The translations under genes and the position numbers were made by a program. Below the pieces are notes generated by a model that was given only the letters and a program-made list of their open reading frames with translations, made no database searches and was not told the origin of the DNA. DNA of 64,000 bases from the human T2T-CHM13v2.0 reference genome, Homo sapiens. Positions 15,125-32,519 of this stretch are shown piece after piece. Each line of letters opens with the position of its first letter. Within the stretch, counting starts at the first letter, position 1. The DNA is taken from assembly GCF_009914755.1 (NCBI RefSeq), contig NC_060926.1; one strand, given 5' to 3'.

Positions 15125-17282
15125 AAGAATGAAATGTATTTCTTAAGCTGAGGAGCAGGTATGAATTGGTGATTGTATACTCTGTGCTTTCTGTTTTTCT
15201 AAAACATTTAGTAGTAGATCAATGAAATATGGCAGCCAGTTCTCCCACAGAGTGTAGAGTTACATGGGCGAGGTGGGAGGAGGCACTAGACACAGTCTCT
15301 ATCCTTATGCCATCCCACTAGCTCTGCAGTGAGGGGTAGCTCCATGGCTCCTAGATTTGGCCATGGAGGTGGTGGGGGAGCAGGTGCGTTTTTAGTATCT
15401 CTGGGGCTATACGCAGTTGCCACATTTGGTTCTGAGTTTCCGAAAAGAAAGAAGGAATAAATACCAACACGATGGGGAGGTGAGAGAATCAGGGGAATCA
15501 TTCAGGTGGTGAACATGACCATTTCAGGATGACCCTTCAGCTCCACCTGACCTCTGTGGGCTGCCTGGCAGGCAGTGGGTATATTTGGTTACAGACAAAA
15601 AATAGAGGATGTATTATACAGATGACTATTTCTAGTCAACTTGGGTCATAATAGAATTCAAGTTCTCCTAGAAAGGGGCGCAAGTAGGAAATGTTAAGGG
15701 CAGATCTACAGCTAACATCGGTCAAGAGATGCTAGGAGGGGAGGACTTAGCTCCTGAGGGAAAGATCCTTTAGCCCTGCTGCTGGGGTTGGTGCCATGTT
15801 TTCATTCCTAGGTAAGATGGTCTAAAGTACTCTACTTTAGTTCCATTCCCTTGGTGCCTGAAAGCAAGTTAATAAGGCATTTATAGGCTGCTCTGGATTT
15901 TGTACCTCTCCCTGACCTCCCTCCTCCCCTTCACATTTCTGATACTTAACTGTACGCTAAGCACGTCGTGCTGTTTCTGCACATGCTGTTCTCTGTTCCA
16001 CCACAGTCCTTCTCTTTCTTTAAGTCTTTTCTCTATCTTCAAATCCTTTACCTTTCTTCCTGTGTGAAAACTTCCCCACTACCTCTCCACATCAACAGAG
16101 GCATCTCTCTCTCCTCTGGGTCCCCTTCCTAGGACACGCCTTTATCGTTTCTTGCTATGCACAGTATGGAAGTTGCTGCTCATATGTCCAGTCCATCTCC
16201 CCTGCTGCAGTGCTGAGCTCCTTTGAGACAAGAAGCCTGTGTTACTTTAACTTTGTATCCCCCAGGCCCACCACAGACCTGGCGCAGATATTGAGTAGGT
16301 GCTCAGTAGAGGAGAGAAGAAAGAGAAGGGAAGAGAGAGCAGGAAAAACTACCTGACTCTTCACTTCCTTTCTTTAGACATTCTCTCATTCACTCTATCT
16401 TTCCTTTTTTAAACTATGTGCTAACACTCATGCAGAGTTCAGTTGTAGGCAGAGAAGCAAGGCAGGAAGTATGGGGTATGCCAAAGATAAGGAAACTGAC
16501 ACTAGTGGGCACAGGAGGTCTAATTCCATTCTTTGGTGCAACTTCATTTTACATAATGCCATTTGTGGGAAATGAATGACTCTATATACAAAGGCTGGAG
16601 GTGCACAGAAGGCAGAGGTCAGGGATGATAACAAAGGTCCTGGCACCTTTTCTTCCCCCTTAACTGTCAACCTCTTCTGCTCTGTTTTTTTTTTTTTTTT
16701 TTTTTGGTCTCCTGACCTGGTCTGGGATCTCCTGAATTGCTGTCAACAGCTAGCAATTTCATGTGTGTTATGCCATGAATTCTATTCTGAATACAGCTAT
16801 AGCAGGTTCCACTAATTAATTAAATTGTACTTCATAGACTTGGAGTCAGGTCTCTTGAATACAAGATGCAAATTTATGCAACATATGCAAATCACTCATG
16901 TTCTCAAATTCCATGAACAAAATCTGGTAGCCTTGAGATAAAAAAGCCCCTGCCAAGCATCATCTCTCCTAATTATTGCTTAATTTCCTCCTCCCCCCAC
17001 CCTTTAACATTGAACACTTTCAGGCTTGGCAGAAACTGGAAGAAAACACAATGAGAGCTGGTTAATAAACAGGAAGTTCCTCAGGGGCAAAGACCCTGCA
17101 ATCTATTTATTTTATGCTCTCCAGTGGCTCCTAATATACTGCTGAGCACACACAGTCTTGCATAGGGAACACCACCAGTCCTGACTATCAAATTATGGAT
17201 ATTTCAAGATGAACAAGTTGAGAGCCCCGAAAGCTTTGCAAAACATGCCATTTAAGACTAGAAACAGGAAACTGATGACCTG

Positions 17283-17627
17283 TACTATATAATGCATGTA
17301 GCTATTAATTTATTTAAATTAAATAACATTTAAAAATTTTGTTCTTGGCTGGGTGTGGCGGCTCATGCCTGTAATCCTAGCCCTTTGGGAGACCGAGGCA
17401 GGAGGATCCCTTGAGCCCAGGAGTTTGAGACCAGCCTGGGCAACATAGGGAAACCCTGTCTCTATTAAATTAAAAAGAAAAAAAAGGAAATAAAAATTTT
17501 AAATTTAATTCTCAGTCAAGCCACATTTCAAGTGTTTAGTAGCTAGATGTGGCTAGTGACTTTCATATTGGGCAGTAGAGGTATAGAACATTTCCATTAT
17601 CATGAAAAGTTCTACTGGACGGCACTG
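17283..17627. mobile_element. MER3 (hAT-Charlie) with nested FLAM
   Basis: gccacatttcaagtg...gtggctagtg...tatagaacatttccatt...aaagttctactggacggcactg. Confidence 0.8.
17347..17492 (+). mobile_element. FLAM_C / Alu left monomer
   Basis: Single left arm with A tail. Confidence 0.88.
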
Positions 17628-17833
17628 ATTTCAACACTTGGTACTCAAAGTCCGGTCCTTGGAGAGCATATTGGGCCGTGTATTGAGAGCATATTGGAAA
17701 ATGTAGAAGCTCAGGTCCTACTCCAGATCCACTGAATCAGAATCTGCCTTTTAACAAAATCCTCAATTCATTCACATGCATGTAAATGTGAGAGAGGCAT
17801 TGGTCTAGATCTAGAATAGAAAACAGTGGTTCT

Positions 17834-17942
17834 GTACTCACTTCAGCAGTATATATACTAAGAAGATTAGCATGGCCCCTGTGCAAAGATGACATGCAAA
17901 TTCATGAAGGGTTTCATTAAAAAACTTTTAAAAAAGAAAAAA
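17834..17942 (+). pseudogene. U6 snRNA retropseudogene with about 17-nt internal deletion
   Basis: gtactcacttcagcagtatatatacta|agaagattagcatggcccctgtgcaaagatgacatgcaaattcatgaagggtttcat matches U6; A-rich tail; TSD aaacagtggttct at 17821-17833 and 17945-17957. Confidence 0.93.
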
Positions 17943-17958
17943 GGAAACAGTGGTTCTC

Positions 17959-19575
<1,617 letters not shown>

Positions 19576-19605
19576 AGGAAGGAAGGAAGGAAGGAAGGAA
19601 TCAAT

Positions 19606-20247
19606 CAGTGATTTTCTAATTTTAGTATATATCAGAATCATCTGGGGTACTTATAAACACAGATTGCTGGGCCCTAATATATGAGTTCCTAACTCAGTAG
19701 GTGTGTTAGTTTCGTAGGGCTGCCATAATGAATTACCACGAAATAGGTGGTTTAAAACAAGCTCCTATTTCTGGATGCTCAAAGTCTGAAATCAAAGTGT
19801 CAGCAGGGCCACACTTCCCCTGAAATCGATAGGGAAGATCCTTCCTTGCCTCTTCTTAGCTTCTGGTAGTTTGCTGGCAATCTGTGGTGTTCCTTGATTT
19901 ACAGGTATATAACTTCAGTATCTGCCTCTATCATCTTATGGAGGTCTCCCCTTGTGTATCCGTGTCTCTCTCTCCTTTTCTTATAAGGACATCAGTCATT
20001 GGATTAAGGGCCCACCCTACGCTAGTACAGCCTCATCTTGGCTTATCTAATTACATCTACAATGACCTTATTTCCAAATAAGGCTACATTCTGAGGTACT
20101 GGGTGTTAGGACTTCAACATATCCTTTTGGGGGACACAATTCCACCCATAACAGGAGAGCTAGGGTGTGACCTGTTAATCTGCATTTCCAACAAGTTCCC
20201 CAGATGGTGCTAATGCTGCTACTGGAACTACACTTTGAAAACCACAG
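19606..20247. mobile_element. MER5A-like split by an MLT1 LTR
   Basis: cagtgattttct...cagaatcatctgggg...cagattgctgggccc; resumes aatctgcatttccaacaagttcccc...cactttgaaaaccac. Confidence 0.75.
19702..20153 (-). mobile_element. MLT1B/C MaLR LTR
   Basis: ttccaaataaggctacattctgaggtactgggtgttaggacttcaacatat...gggacacaattccacccataaca. Confidence 0.85.
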
Positions 20248-21294
20248 GTCAAACAATTAGCAAAACAGAATTACTTGGAAAAAAAGTTGGATCGTATCAT
20301 GAAAGTAACTGTGTTCCACTTCCCAAACGTGCAGAATTCCATGTTTAGGCATACTTGGGAGATGGTCATCCAGTCAGTGCATGAATACTTCCAAAGACAG
20401 AGTTCCCATTACTAGCAGTGCAGCTTTCTTGATGGCTATGCTCCTGAAATTTGTGCACTTTGAACTTACCGAATATCTGATATATCTAGCTGATGTATGG
20501 CAGCAGAAAGTCTTGATATTTTTTTCTGATGGCTGCACAAGGTCTCAACATTGAATTTTACATTTCCTCTTTGTGACAGTTCTCCAAATACTTTAGATTC
20601 TGGTTTGCTCTGAAGAGCACACATGTTGAGGTTTTTAGGGATGATAATCATGTCCGCCTACCCCCGGTTATGAGTTAATTAGAAATAGATATAGGAATCC
20701 AACAGATGAAGATCAAAAGATCAACTATATTTCCAGTAAGCATAGAATGGAGGGTAGAATTTGGACCTTGACCACAATCAGCCTTCCTACAAACCCCCAC
20801 TTGATTGAATTTATGTGATATGATCACATACAAAGAAGCAGGACAATTGAATCCACAGCACTGTGCAAGGTTTTAAGGGTATGAGTTACAGCTATTGCCA
20901 CATTAAGAAATGTAACAGCACTAGGAGAGATTAGGTTTTCCTGGAAGAGAGAAAGGAAAGATGTCTAAGTCCACCCATCCCAAGAGACCTTCCTTCTCCC
21001 AGGGTTGCCTCCTTAGCATCCTTCCCACCATTTTCCTTTTTTCAAACAGAACCCTAATGTTATTTACAAAAGCCCCACTGCAACCCCATTCATGGTGCCC
21101 AAGTGTCTCAGGAAGCCAGCCCTATCCTCAACTGAAGCCAATCCTAGTAACTCTAATCTCCTTGCAAGTGATTGGTTTCAGAATTTAGGCTTCAGTGAAT
21201 CAGTGCATGGCATGACTCCTAGAGACTGCTGTTGGATCAGAGATGGGCAAGTGATACAGACGAGCCTAATCAGACTACTTTTGTTCAAAGGTAG

Positions 21295-21711
<417 letters not shown>

Positions 21712-21955
21712 TGAAGAAAACGCCTCTATCTGGAGGATGAGGGAGCACAAAGAACAGCAAAGCAATAAATCCCCAGCTCCAATTATAATACTTGCTCTAC
21801 CTTTGGCTTTTGTTGTTGTTATTTAAAATAATACTAATTTTTTTTTATTGTTTAAGCTGGTTATGTCAATGTCCCTGTCATTTCCAGCTAAAATAATTTC
21901 TGCCAATAAAATACTTAAATATTTTTTCTATGAGTTAGTAGAAATTGCCTCATGG

Positions 21956-22605
<650 letters not shown>

Positions 22606-22875
22606 TCATTGAAACCTGAAGAAACAGGACTAGGTTTCCACCCACCAATCCTCCGATTTAATTCATTAATGTTGCTCTTAAAGTATGTGCCCCTAAATGG
22701 GCAGATTACTCCAGACAATGTGGTACCATTAACTCCCACCCAGCACAGTGCCTGCCAATGGAATACATGCTAAACAAGTATTTGTTGAACAAATGCAGCT
22801 GGAGACTGCACTAACATTTTTAGCAGATGCATAATAATTATATCCAGTTCAGGTGAACTAAAAATCCGTAGAAGA

Positions 22876-23808
<933 letters not shown>

Positions 23809-23959
23809 ACATTTTAATATAAATTGATGCCAACACTGTTGTTCTTCACTCTGTATCTGAGCAATTGCATAGTGTATGAAGTTTTCCTTTAAATTTTTCT
23901 TTTAACCTAAATAATTGAGTTTAGGAGACTCTAGCCTAGATTGCACTCAGCCGAGGTGA

Positions 23960-24110
23960 TTTTTTTTTCTACTTTATTTTTATTTTATTTTATTTTTGAG
24001 ACGAGTTCTTGCTATGTTGCTCAGGCTGATCTCAAAGGCCTGGGCTTAAGTGATCCACCCACCTCCTCCCAAAGTGCTAGGATTGCAAGCATGAGCCACT
24101 GCGCCCGGCC
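23960..24110 (-). mobile_element. FLAM
   Basis: Antisense left monomer; TSD gaggtgattttt. Confidence 0.87.
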
Positions 24111-25031
24111 AGGTGAGGTGATTTTTAAGTTTCCGTCATTTGTCATGTCAGTTATTCTTCCTATTTTGGTAAGAACCTCAAAAAAGCTATACATTCCTTC
24201 TGGGCCTTCATATGCATCAAATAGCAAAATGTTGACTGTAACAGCACAAGCGGAAAGAACTCTAGGTTACCCTATTGTTTGCTAAAAGGAATCACTCTGT
24301 TCCCTTCTTTGCATGCCTAACTTGATCCACGAAATAAGACCTTCTGCCCTTGCAGAAATGTCAGGATCGTAACTTCTACTGCTTCTAGTTCACTCCTTCT
24401 ACCTCCAACCATGCTTGATGGTTGGTCAATTTTGGAGAAGGAACTGAAGCTGCCTCAACAAGCCCTCTCTGAATTCCTTGAAGTTGCCTCTGTGCAGGAC
24501 ACGTGCATTCTCCTCTTCCACCAATCACTGAGCTGCCCCTGAATAGGAGGCCAGAGTGGTTCAGCTGTGCCTGTGACTGGAGAGGGATGTTTAACTGTGT
24601 CAGGCCTGGAATATTAGCAAGGATTAAGGGCCAGGTTGTGGACACATAACAAGCCACATTCTCTTATCAGTTTAACCAAAAACAGAGGTGAGGTTTGTTT
24701 TCCCCATCTGGATGACACCTGTGTTTACTTATTCATCGCTTCAGAACTTAGATGGGTAAGAGCGACTTGTTATTAATGGACTGTTCCCAAAGCTCAATCT
24801 TAACACCCAAGATTGATTGTTCAACAGCTTTAAGTCTATCAAAACATATTATTATTGAGGCCTTCAACAAATTCCAGAAAAAGTAAGTCTATCATAGTCC
24901 CCTACCCTGACAACTTAATAGTCCAAACTAAAAAAGGAAAGGTAACGTTTGGTTCATTTTAGTTCAAAAGTATGACTTATTTTGAACAAACTGATCATAA
25001 TATGAAGTGATTATTATGTTCCTTTTAAAAC

Positions 25032-25308
25032 TTTTTTTTTTTCCTGAGATAGGCTGGAGTGCAGTGGCGCGATCTTGGCTCCACTGCAAGCTCCGCCTCC
25101 CGGGTTCACACCATTCTCCTGCCTCAGCCTCCCGAGAAGCTGGGACTACAGGCGCCCACCACCATGCCCGGCTAATTTTTTTGTATTTTTAGTAGAGATG
25201 GGATTTCACCATGTTAGCCAGGATGGTCTCAATCTCCTGACCTCGTGATCCACCTGCCTTGGCTTCCCAAAGTCCTGGGATTACAGGCATGAGCCACCGC
25301 TCCCAGCC
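25032..25308 (-). mobile_element. AluY-like, short deletion near 3' end
   Basis: caagctccgcc, gttagccaggatggtctc; TSD taaaacttt. Confidence 0.9.
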
Positions 25309-25378
25309 TAAAACTTTAAAAAAATTATAAATTAACTGTTGATTAGTAAAATCTAGATGAGTATTAGAAAGAATTGGG

Positions 25379-25692
<314 letters not shown>

Positions 25693-26156
25693 TCAAACTT
25701 TCACATTTGTACTTTCTGTGATTCCCACTTTTTCTCCTTTCTGAAAATCAGACTACTTACCCCTTTCTTGTCTTTGGAAGCCACTCCCATGAGCCACACT
25801 TCCTCTGAGATTGCCCATTGTAGTAGTTACATGGTACCTGAATTTCCTTCAGACCCATGGAGTGTAATTCTCAAGGTCTAGACACTTGAACTCATAAAAA
25901 CCACCAGGTGAAATCTTGTCTCTCTTGGGCAAACTAAAACAAACTATGGCAACTGTCATTCGTAGTTTTCAACTATGAATAGACTGAGAAATACATGGTA
26001 GGTAGTAATTTGCTATTTTGCTGAGGCATTGGACTCTGGCCCACTGTCATAATTGTAAGTGACATAAGCTTGCCTAGCTGAGCCCAGCCAACTGCCTAAC
26101 ATGCCCGTCTCAACTGTGTGCTTCGTATTCTTATCCTTTTCTCTTCACAGTGATTA

Positions 26157-26499
<343 letters not shown>

Positions 26500-26759
26500 C
26501 TAGAAATCCTAGGAGAAGAGAAAAGGATGCTTCAGAGGAAAGAGAAAAAGAAGAGTTAGAATTTGACGGGTCCATGATGCCCCTCTCCAGAAGAAGCAGC
26601 AAGACTGTAGCAGGTGTGGTTTCCAGCCTCACTGAATCCTTCTGACAAACAGAGAGCACCAAGCTTCTATGGACCATGTGGAATGAACGAGAAGACTAAC
26701 AGAAAAAGCCATATGACCTGAAGATTAGATACATTGGTACAGATTGCTAAATTTTATCA

Positions 26760-27170
26760 ATAGATATTTCTGTTTACTGGGCACACAGTTAAATTCTATT
26801 TCTCTGCCAGCCTCCTTGTATCAACTTACAGCTAAGTGGTTGAGTCTGACTGATTGAATGTGGGCTAAAGTAATATATACCACTTTAGGGCCTGACTCGT
26901 AAATATATCCTTATGATCTCTCTATCTCTACCTCTAATTCCTTTCCAGTCATAGTGGTAGGAAGCAAATGATTTCAAAGCCCAGATGATGACAGAGACCC
27001 ATCTTGGAAGGGGCTTGGATCCCTGAGTCACTGCTTGGAGGAGAGCTGCCTGAGATGGCTTCCTGATCATGAACATCCACGTTGGACTTTGCCTGAGCAA
27101 GGAATAAACATCCTATCTTAAGACAATGTGATTTGGAGTTTTTGGCATATGACCAGCTTCAATTACGCTG
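26760..27170 (+). mobile_element. Old MaLR LTR (MLT1I/J-like)
   Basis: tggatccctgagtcactgcttggaggagagctgcc...ggactttgcctgagcaaggaataaac. Confidence 0.65.
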
Positions 27171-29049
27171 CATAATTTACATGTCTTTTCCCTCTTTCCC
27201 AGGTAACTCATATGCCTCCCAGATGTTTATATTTGGAAAGAGGGAAGAAGACCCAAATAATAACTGAGATCAAATTTCTCACCAACTCACTGGGACTCTG
27301 AGAGATGCATTTCATTTGATTTAAAGAAAATAAATTACTTTGAAACTAGACTTGACATTATTCCTCCATCTGTATTACTCTTGATTCATGGGTAAGACAT
27401 AAATTGAGTAATTCTGGCCTCTCTGACAGACAAGGTTCCCCAACACATACCTAATGGTGGTCCCTCCCACCAAGATAAGTATTGGCTTCTTGACCTTTCA
27501 CTCCCATCCTGTTACTGTCAGACCTGCTCCCTTCCTCAGTATGGTCAGGAGTCTTGGAGGTCTGCATAGCAAAGAGTTAAGCCCTTCTTTCAGGTCTTTT
27601 TCTCCTTCAGTCGATTAATTAGATTGAAATTTCAACTTCAAGCTGCTCTGCTGGTCTCTAGCTAATGCTGTCACCTGAAATACTGCCCACCACACAAGAG
27701 CTTTTGACAGCAAGAGCCGCTCAAAAGCCTCTTCATGCCTCTATTCCAGGAATAACCCAAGGAAAGGGTTGATAGCTGTGAAAGCTGAGTACTGAAGCCC
27801 TCTCTGTCCACCGCTTCAAAAGAATAACTACCATCGCTCTGCCTTTATTTTGTATTTTAGCTCCTCTTTGTCAATGAAAAGTTCCTGCTCTCTATTCATT
27901 ATAAAGAATAAAGAGCTTTTCAAGTGTGAGTTGCTAAACCCAGAAGGGAACAGAGCTATTTTTAAGAGGGTTTCAACTCTGAGCTGTTACATCGACCAGC
28001 CTGCCGGCAGCAGAGGTCTTCCAGGGAGGCTGAAGGCAAGAGCGGCTTCTCTTCAGGTGGGCATCTCGGGGAGGAAGCTCCTGGGGCTGAAATGGTCTAG
28101 CTCTTTGGCCCACAGGCAGCCCTGGTGCCTTCGAACCTGGCTCCTCAAGACAGAGCTTGCAAGGGGGTCAGGGGAGTCACTGTGATTCTCACCTATTTGA
28201 GGTCTGCCTGCTGCCTTAGGTTTCTCACATCCACTTCCTCCACGTAGGAAACAATCTGCTTGATTTTCCTCCGGGGGCACAGGGAGGTGGGGGGTGTCTT
28301 TATGTCCTCTCCTATCTTCGTCAAGCCATATGCAACTGGCAGCCGGCACGCTTCTCTCTGTGGGAAGAGGATCATCAGAGCTGGATTCCTGACTGAAAGG
28401 AGGAACATGCAGAGTTGCCTGCCTCCTGGCCAACGGGAGTGAAATCCTCTTGGCTTGGGTCTGTCTGGAGCTCTTCTGAAGTCCATGCACTGTAGGGGCA
28501 TGGATGGGCTCTCAGATTCAGAGTTAGAGGACCTGGATTCAAGTCTCACCTCTCTGAGCCTCTGTTCTCCAAGGCTGCAATGAGGATAATAGTACTTTGC
28601 TATCAGAGGTGCTGCAGGGAGGATGACCCATCCTCACATGTATATGGATAGTCTGTGAACCCTGCAGTGTCATGCGTGGTGATCATTGCTCTGAGGGTCA
28701 GTGAGATACGTGTTACAGTGTCTTTTAAGAACAGAAAATGATGCCATTGGATGACAGAGGAGATATTGAAAATATGAGAAACTACTAATGATTAGGAGGA
28801 ATGAGAATCTGTTATCTATCCTCCCATTCCATTCAGTTCCCCCACCAGAGAAAAGGGGCAGGGAATTAAAACTATTCCTTTGCTCTGATAGCTTTTGGAA
28901 GTTAAAGACATGCATGTGTACTAAAATACTAAGAGGGAACCAAAAGGATCAACTAATTTTGTACAGAGTGGCTAAATATAATAGAGAAACCTACGTGATT
29001 ATACTATATCTTGTACTACAGAGGATTTATGAGCGCCTGCAGTAAATTT

Positions 29050-29420
29050 TAACATTTTTATTATTTATTTTTATGTTTTTAATTGATACATAATAGATAT
29101 ACATATTTTAGCGGTATGTGTGATCATTTGATGCATTCCTATAATCACATCAGTATAATTAAAATATTCATCACCTTAACTATTTTTCTTTATGCTAGGA
29201 ACATCCTAATTATTCTCTTCTAGCTGTTTTGAAATATACAATAGACTAATGTTAACTACAGTCACCCTACTGATCTACAAAACACCAAGTCTTATTTCTT
29301 TTATTGTACTGAGTATTTGTATCCATTAATTCCCCTTTCTTTATCACCCCACCCCTCTACCTTTCCTGGCCTCTGGTAACCACTAATCTACTTTCCATCT
29401 TCAAGAGATCTACCAGTAAG
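29050..29420 (-). mobile_element. L1MA-type 3' end
   Basis: ttctagctgttttgaaatatacaat...cagtcaccctac...cctctggtaaccact. Confidence 0.8.
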
Positions 29421-29679
29421 TTTTTTTTTTTAAGGAAAACTTATAGACAGAAAAAATATAGGCAAAATAGGATGATTAGGTCCAAGAGAAAAGAAACTGC
29501 ACATATAAACAGGTGACAAGGTTCTACTGTTACAAAAACAGGGCAGCCAAGTAGGCTCTGAGCTTCCAGGAGGCCAAAGCAAAAAGGGAATATGATCTGT
29601 CACCAAATTTATATCTTTCTTGAGGAACCCCTTCACCACAACCAATTTCTCATCCTTTTTTATCATAAGACTTATAAAC

Positions 29680-29970
29680 GTGGATATTTATCTTCAAGAA
29701 GAGAATACTTAGGGAGTTTCATTATGGCCTTCCTCAAGTATTTGATGGGCTTCCAAGTACAAAAAAAAAAGATTGCTTTGGGTAATTCCAGACCACAAAA
29801 CTAGAATCAATGAGTGTAAGTTAAGGGGAACAGATTTGGGTTAAAAATAAAGAACTTTCTAACAATTAGAGTTGTCCATAAATGGAATGAGCTGTCTGGC
29901 AAAGAAGTGAGCTCCCTGTTACTGGAAGTGATCAAACAGAGGCTGGCTAACCATCTGTTAAGGATAAGAA
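29680..29970 (+). mobile_element. L3/CR1 3' fragment
   Basis: aagaactttctaacaattagagttgtcc...ggaatgagctg...gtgagctccctgttactggaagtgatcaaacagaggctgg. Confidence 0.75.
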
Positions 29971-30769
29971 GGATTTGTGCATAATGAGAGAATTATGCAA
30001 CAACATAATACAAGGCTCTTCGTGACAGTTTTATTTATAATAGTAAGGGAAAAAATAGAATCAACCTAAATGTCCAACAAAAGGGGATTAGTTATTTATG
30101 GTACTTTCCTATGATTTGTTTTTTATAGATTTTTCAAATATTAAAAATCAGTAAGACAAGGACATAGAAAAAAAGCTGATGATCTATTGCTAAGTGAAAA
30201 AGCAGCCTACTGAAATAGCGTACATACTGTGACACAACTTTGTAAAGAAAATTTTTGTAAACAAAGCTACATTTTTTCATTTTGTTATTTTTTTCATTTT
30301 ATAAAGAAAGATAATATTAAGGAAAGTACACACATGAAAACATTAATAGTGATTATCAGTATTACTTGAATTATGGGTGATTTTTCTCCTTAGGGCTTGT
30401 CAGAGTTTTCCAAGTTTTCTACTTTGAGCACTTACCACTTATGTAATTAGAAAAAAATTTAACAAAAATCCCAGAAGAACCCTTCATTAGTCATTAGTCT
30501 ATAGTTTTAACTAGTTGATCCCTGAAGTTTTTCAAACCTAGTATTATATGATTTTCATTTTATACTCAGGTCATTTATTTTCTCTTATAAAATAACTTGT
30601 TTTTCAAGCAGAACTCAACCAAATATAAATACCTCCCCAACAAATAAATAGTGGCTTAAATTATGAGGCTTAGGTACAATCTAATGCATTTCTGACTGCT
30701 AGAGCCATTTTTATCTGAAATCTCTTTTGGAAATATGTTGAATATAAACCTAAAAGTCTGTACAATAGA

Positions 30770-31200
30770 GTAGAAAGAGCTGAGACTTGGAGTCAGACAC
30801 ACTCAGGTCTCAAATTTTGGCTCTGCTACATACCAGCCTTAGTTTCCTCAACTTTAATATGTGATAATAATAACAGCTAAGATTTGTAGAAAATTCAGAG
30901 TGTGCCAGGCACTGTTTAAGTGCTTTACATGCAATGGGATCCTCAAAACAATTCTTTGAGGTGAATTCTATTGTTATTTTTCAGATGATAAAAATTAAGC
31001 ACAGAGAATTTCAATATATTGCCCATTTCATGCAGCTAGAGAGTGATGGAGTAAAAATTCAACCTCAGACACGTTAACCTTAGGATCCCTGGCATTAACC
31101 ACTATACTATACTGCCTTATAGAGTGGTGGAGGGATTCATTAAATTAACATACATGAAGTGCCTGCTTAACAGAAATATGGGCAGTCAGTACGTTAGTTT
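30770..31200. mobile_element. MIR fragments, opposite orientations
   Basis: ttggagtcagacac... and gtgccaggcactgtttaagtgctttacatg...tttcagatgat. Confidence 0.7.
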
Positions 31201-31299
31201 TCTCCCTAAACTTTTCCATGGCTATTTGGCCCCAGGAAGACTTTTGATTACCTTCCCCAAGACTGTGTGTATTCCGCCAATACACTGGAGTAAGTGTGG

Positions 31300-31975
31300 C
31301 TCTGTGGTAGGTAGTTTTACGACAAATTTATTATCAATGATACTCATGTCAAACTCAGCGATATTAGAAATCATGTCCCACAGGCCTCCATTCTGGGGCT
31401 GATTCTTTAATATTTCATCAATGATTTACATGGATAGAACAGAAAATAAGCTCCTAGAGCTGACAGATGATAGCATGCTGTTAGCAGATGACACCCATCG
31501 TCAGTTAGGAAGGCGAGCATCCAGGACAGGATTAGAATTCCAAATGGTCTGGCAAGATGGGGAAGAGGTGGAGGCAGAAAGAATGAACTTCATTAGCAAC
31601 TATCACAGAGTAATACGTTTATTAAGAGGGAAAAACAGATTATACCAACATAGCAAGAACAGTGACTAGCAATGAGTGATTATTGCCTGAAAGAGTTAAT
31701 GGTGGGAGTTACTCATAACTGGAAATGAGACAGAAAGTCAAATATGATTCTAGAAAAAGGACCAATAAATAGCAGTATGTCGAAGTAAATCAATTTTCCC
31801 AATATATACTGTATTTTTAAAAATCCCTTTTCGAGTGCTGTTTTTTTCCTCAGTGTTGTTCTGGACATCTTTGAAAAGGCACACAGAAAGCAAAAGCAGT
31901 CTTTACAAGTGCAGAATGTAATCTGGGAGGATGGTGAAGTCACCAACATCCTTTAATTGAAAATGAGTCAGTTGC
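31300..31975 (+). mobile_element. L3/CR1 reverse-transcriptase fossil
   Basis: Frameshifted VPQASILG...FINDL...LADDT, matching the CR1 motif GVPQGSVLGP..FNIFINDL..FADDT. Confidence 0.8.
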
Positions 31976-32390
31976 TGGCAATTCATTTGAGAATCATTTA
32001 TTGAGCACCATCTATGTGCCAGCCTTTGTGCTGGGTGCTGAGGACAAAAAAAAAAACAAAAACAAAACAAGACTTGATTTCTGCCCTTGAGGCACTCCAA
32101 GGCAAGAGGTTAATCACTTTTAAGTTTATAAAGACTGGTTATTTAGAAAGGGCTGAGAACTGTAATGTGTGTCCTTTATGGCCAACTCCTACACATCTCT
32201 TTCTTTGATCTCCTCTTTATTCACTTATTCCGCACTTTCTCTTCTTTTTTCTTTCCCTTCTTTTATGTAGTCTTTAGATCTGTGATTGGAGCCCCTGGCA
32301 TGGCAAGTTAGCCAGATGTGTTCAATGGAGTCCCTTCTGAGACTATGCCAAGACACCAAGCACCTCTCTTTTGACATTTCAAGGTGTTTC

Positions 32391-32486
32391 TTTTTTTTTT
32401 TTTAGAGGTGTGAAGTGGGAAATCAGGGGTCTCACAGCCTTCAGAGCTGAGAGCCCCGAACAGAGATTTACCCACGTATTTATTAA
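32391..32486 (-). mobile_element. Polyadenylated MER9 (HERV-K HML-3 LTR) fragment, retrocopy
   Basis: Reverse complement aataaatacgtgggtaaatctctgttcggggctctcagctctgaaggctgtgagacccctgatttcccacttcacacctct plus A tail; TSD gtgtttct. Confidence 0.8.
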
Positions 32487-32519
32487 GTGTTTCTAAAAAA
32501 ATTATTTTTTGCCCTCCAT

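Noticed and set aside
28053-28549. Overlapping 118-145 aa ORFs in unique sequence
   Set aside because: No domain similarity or exon structure; expected by chance at this GC content
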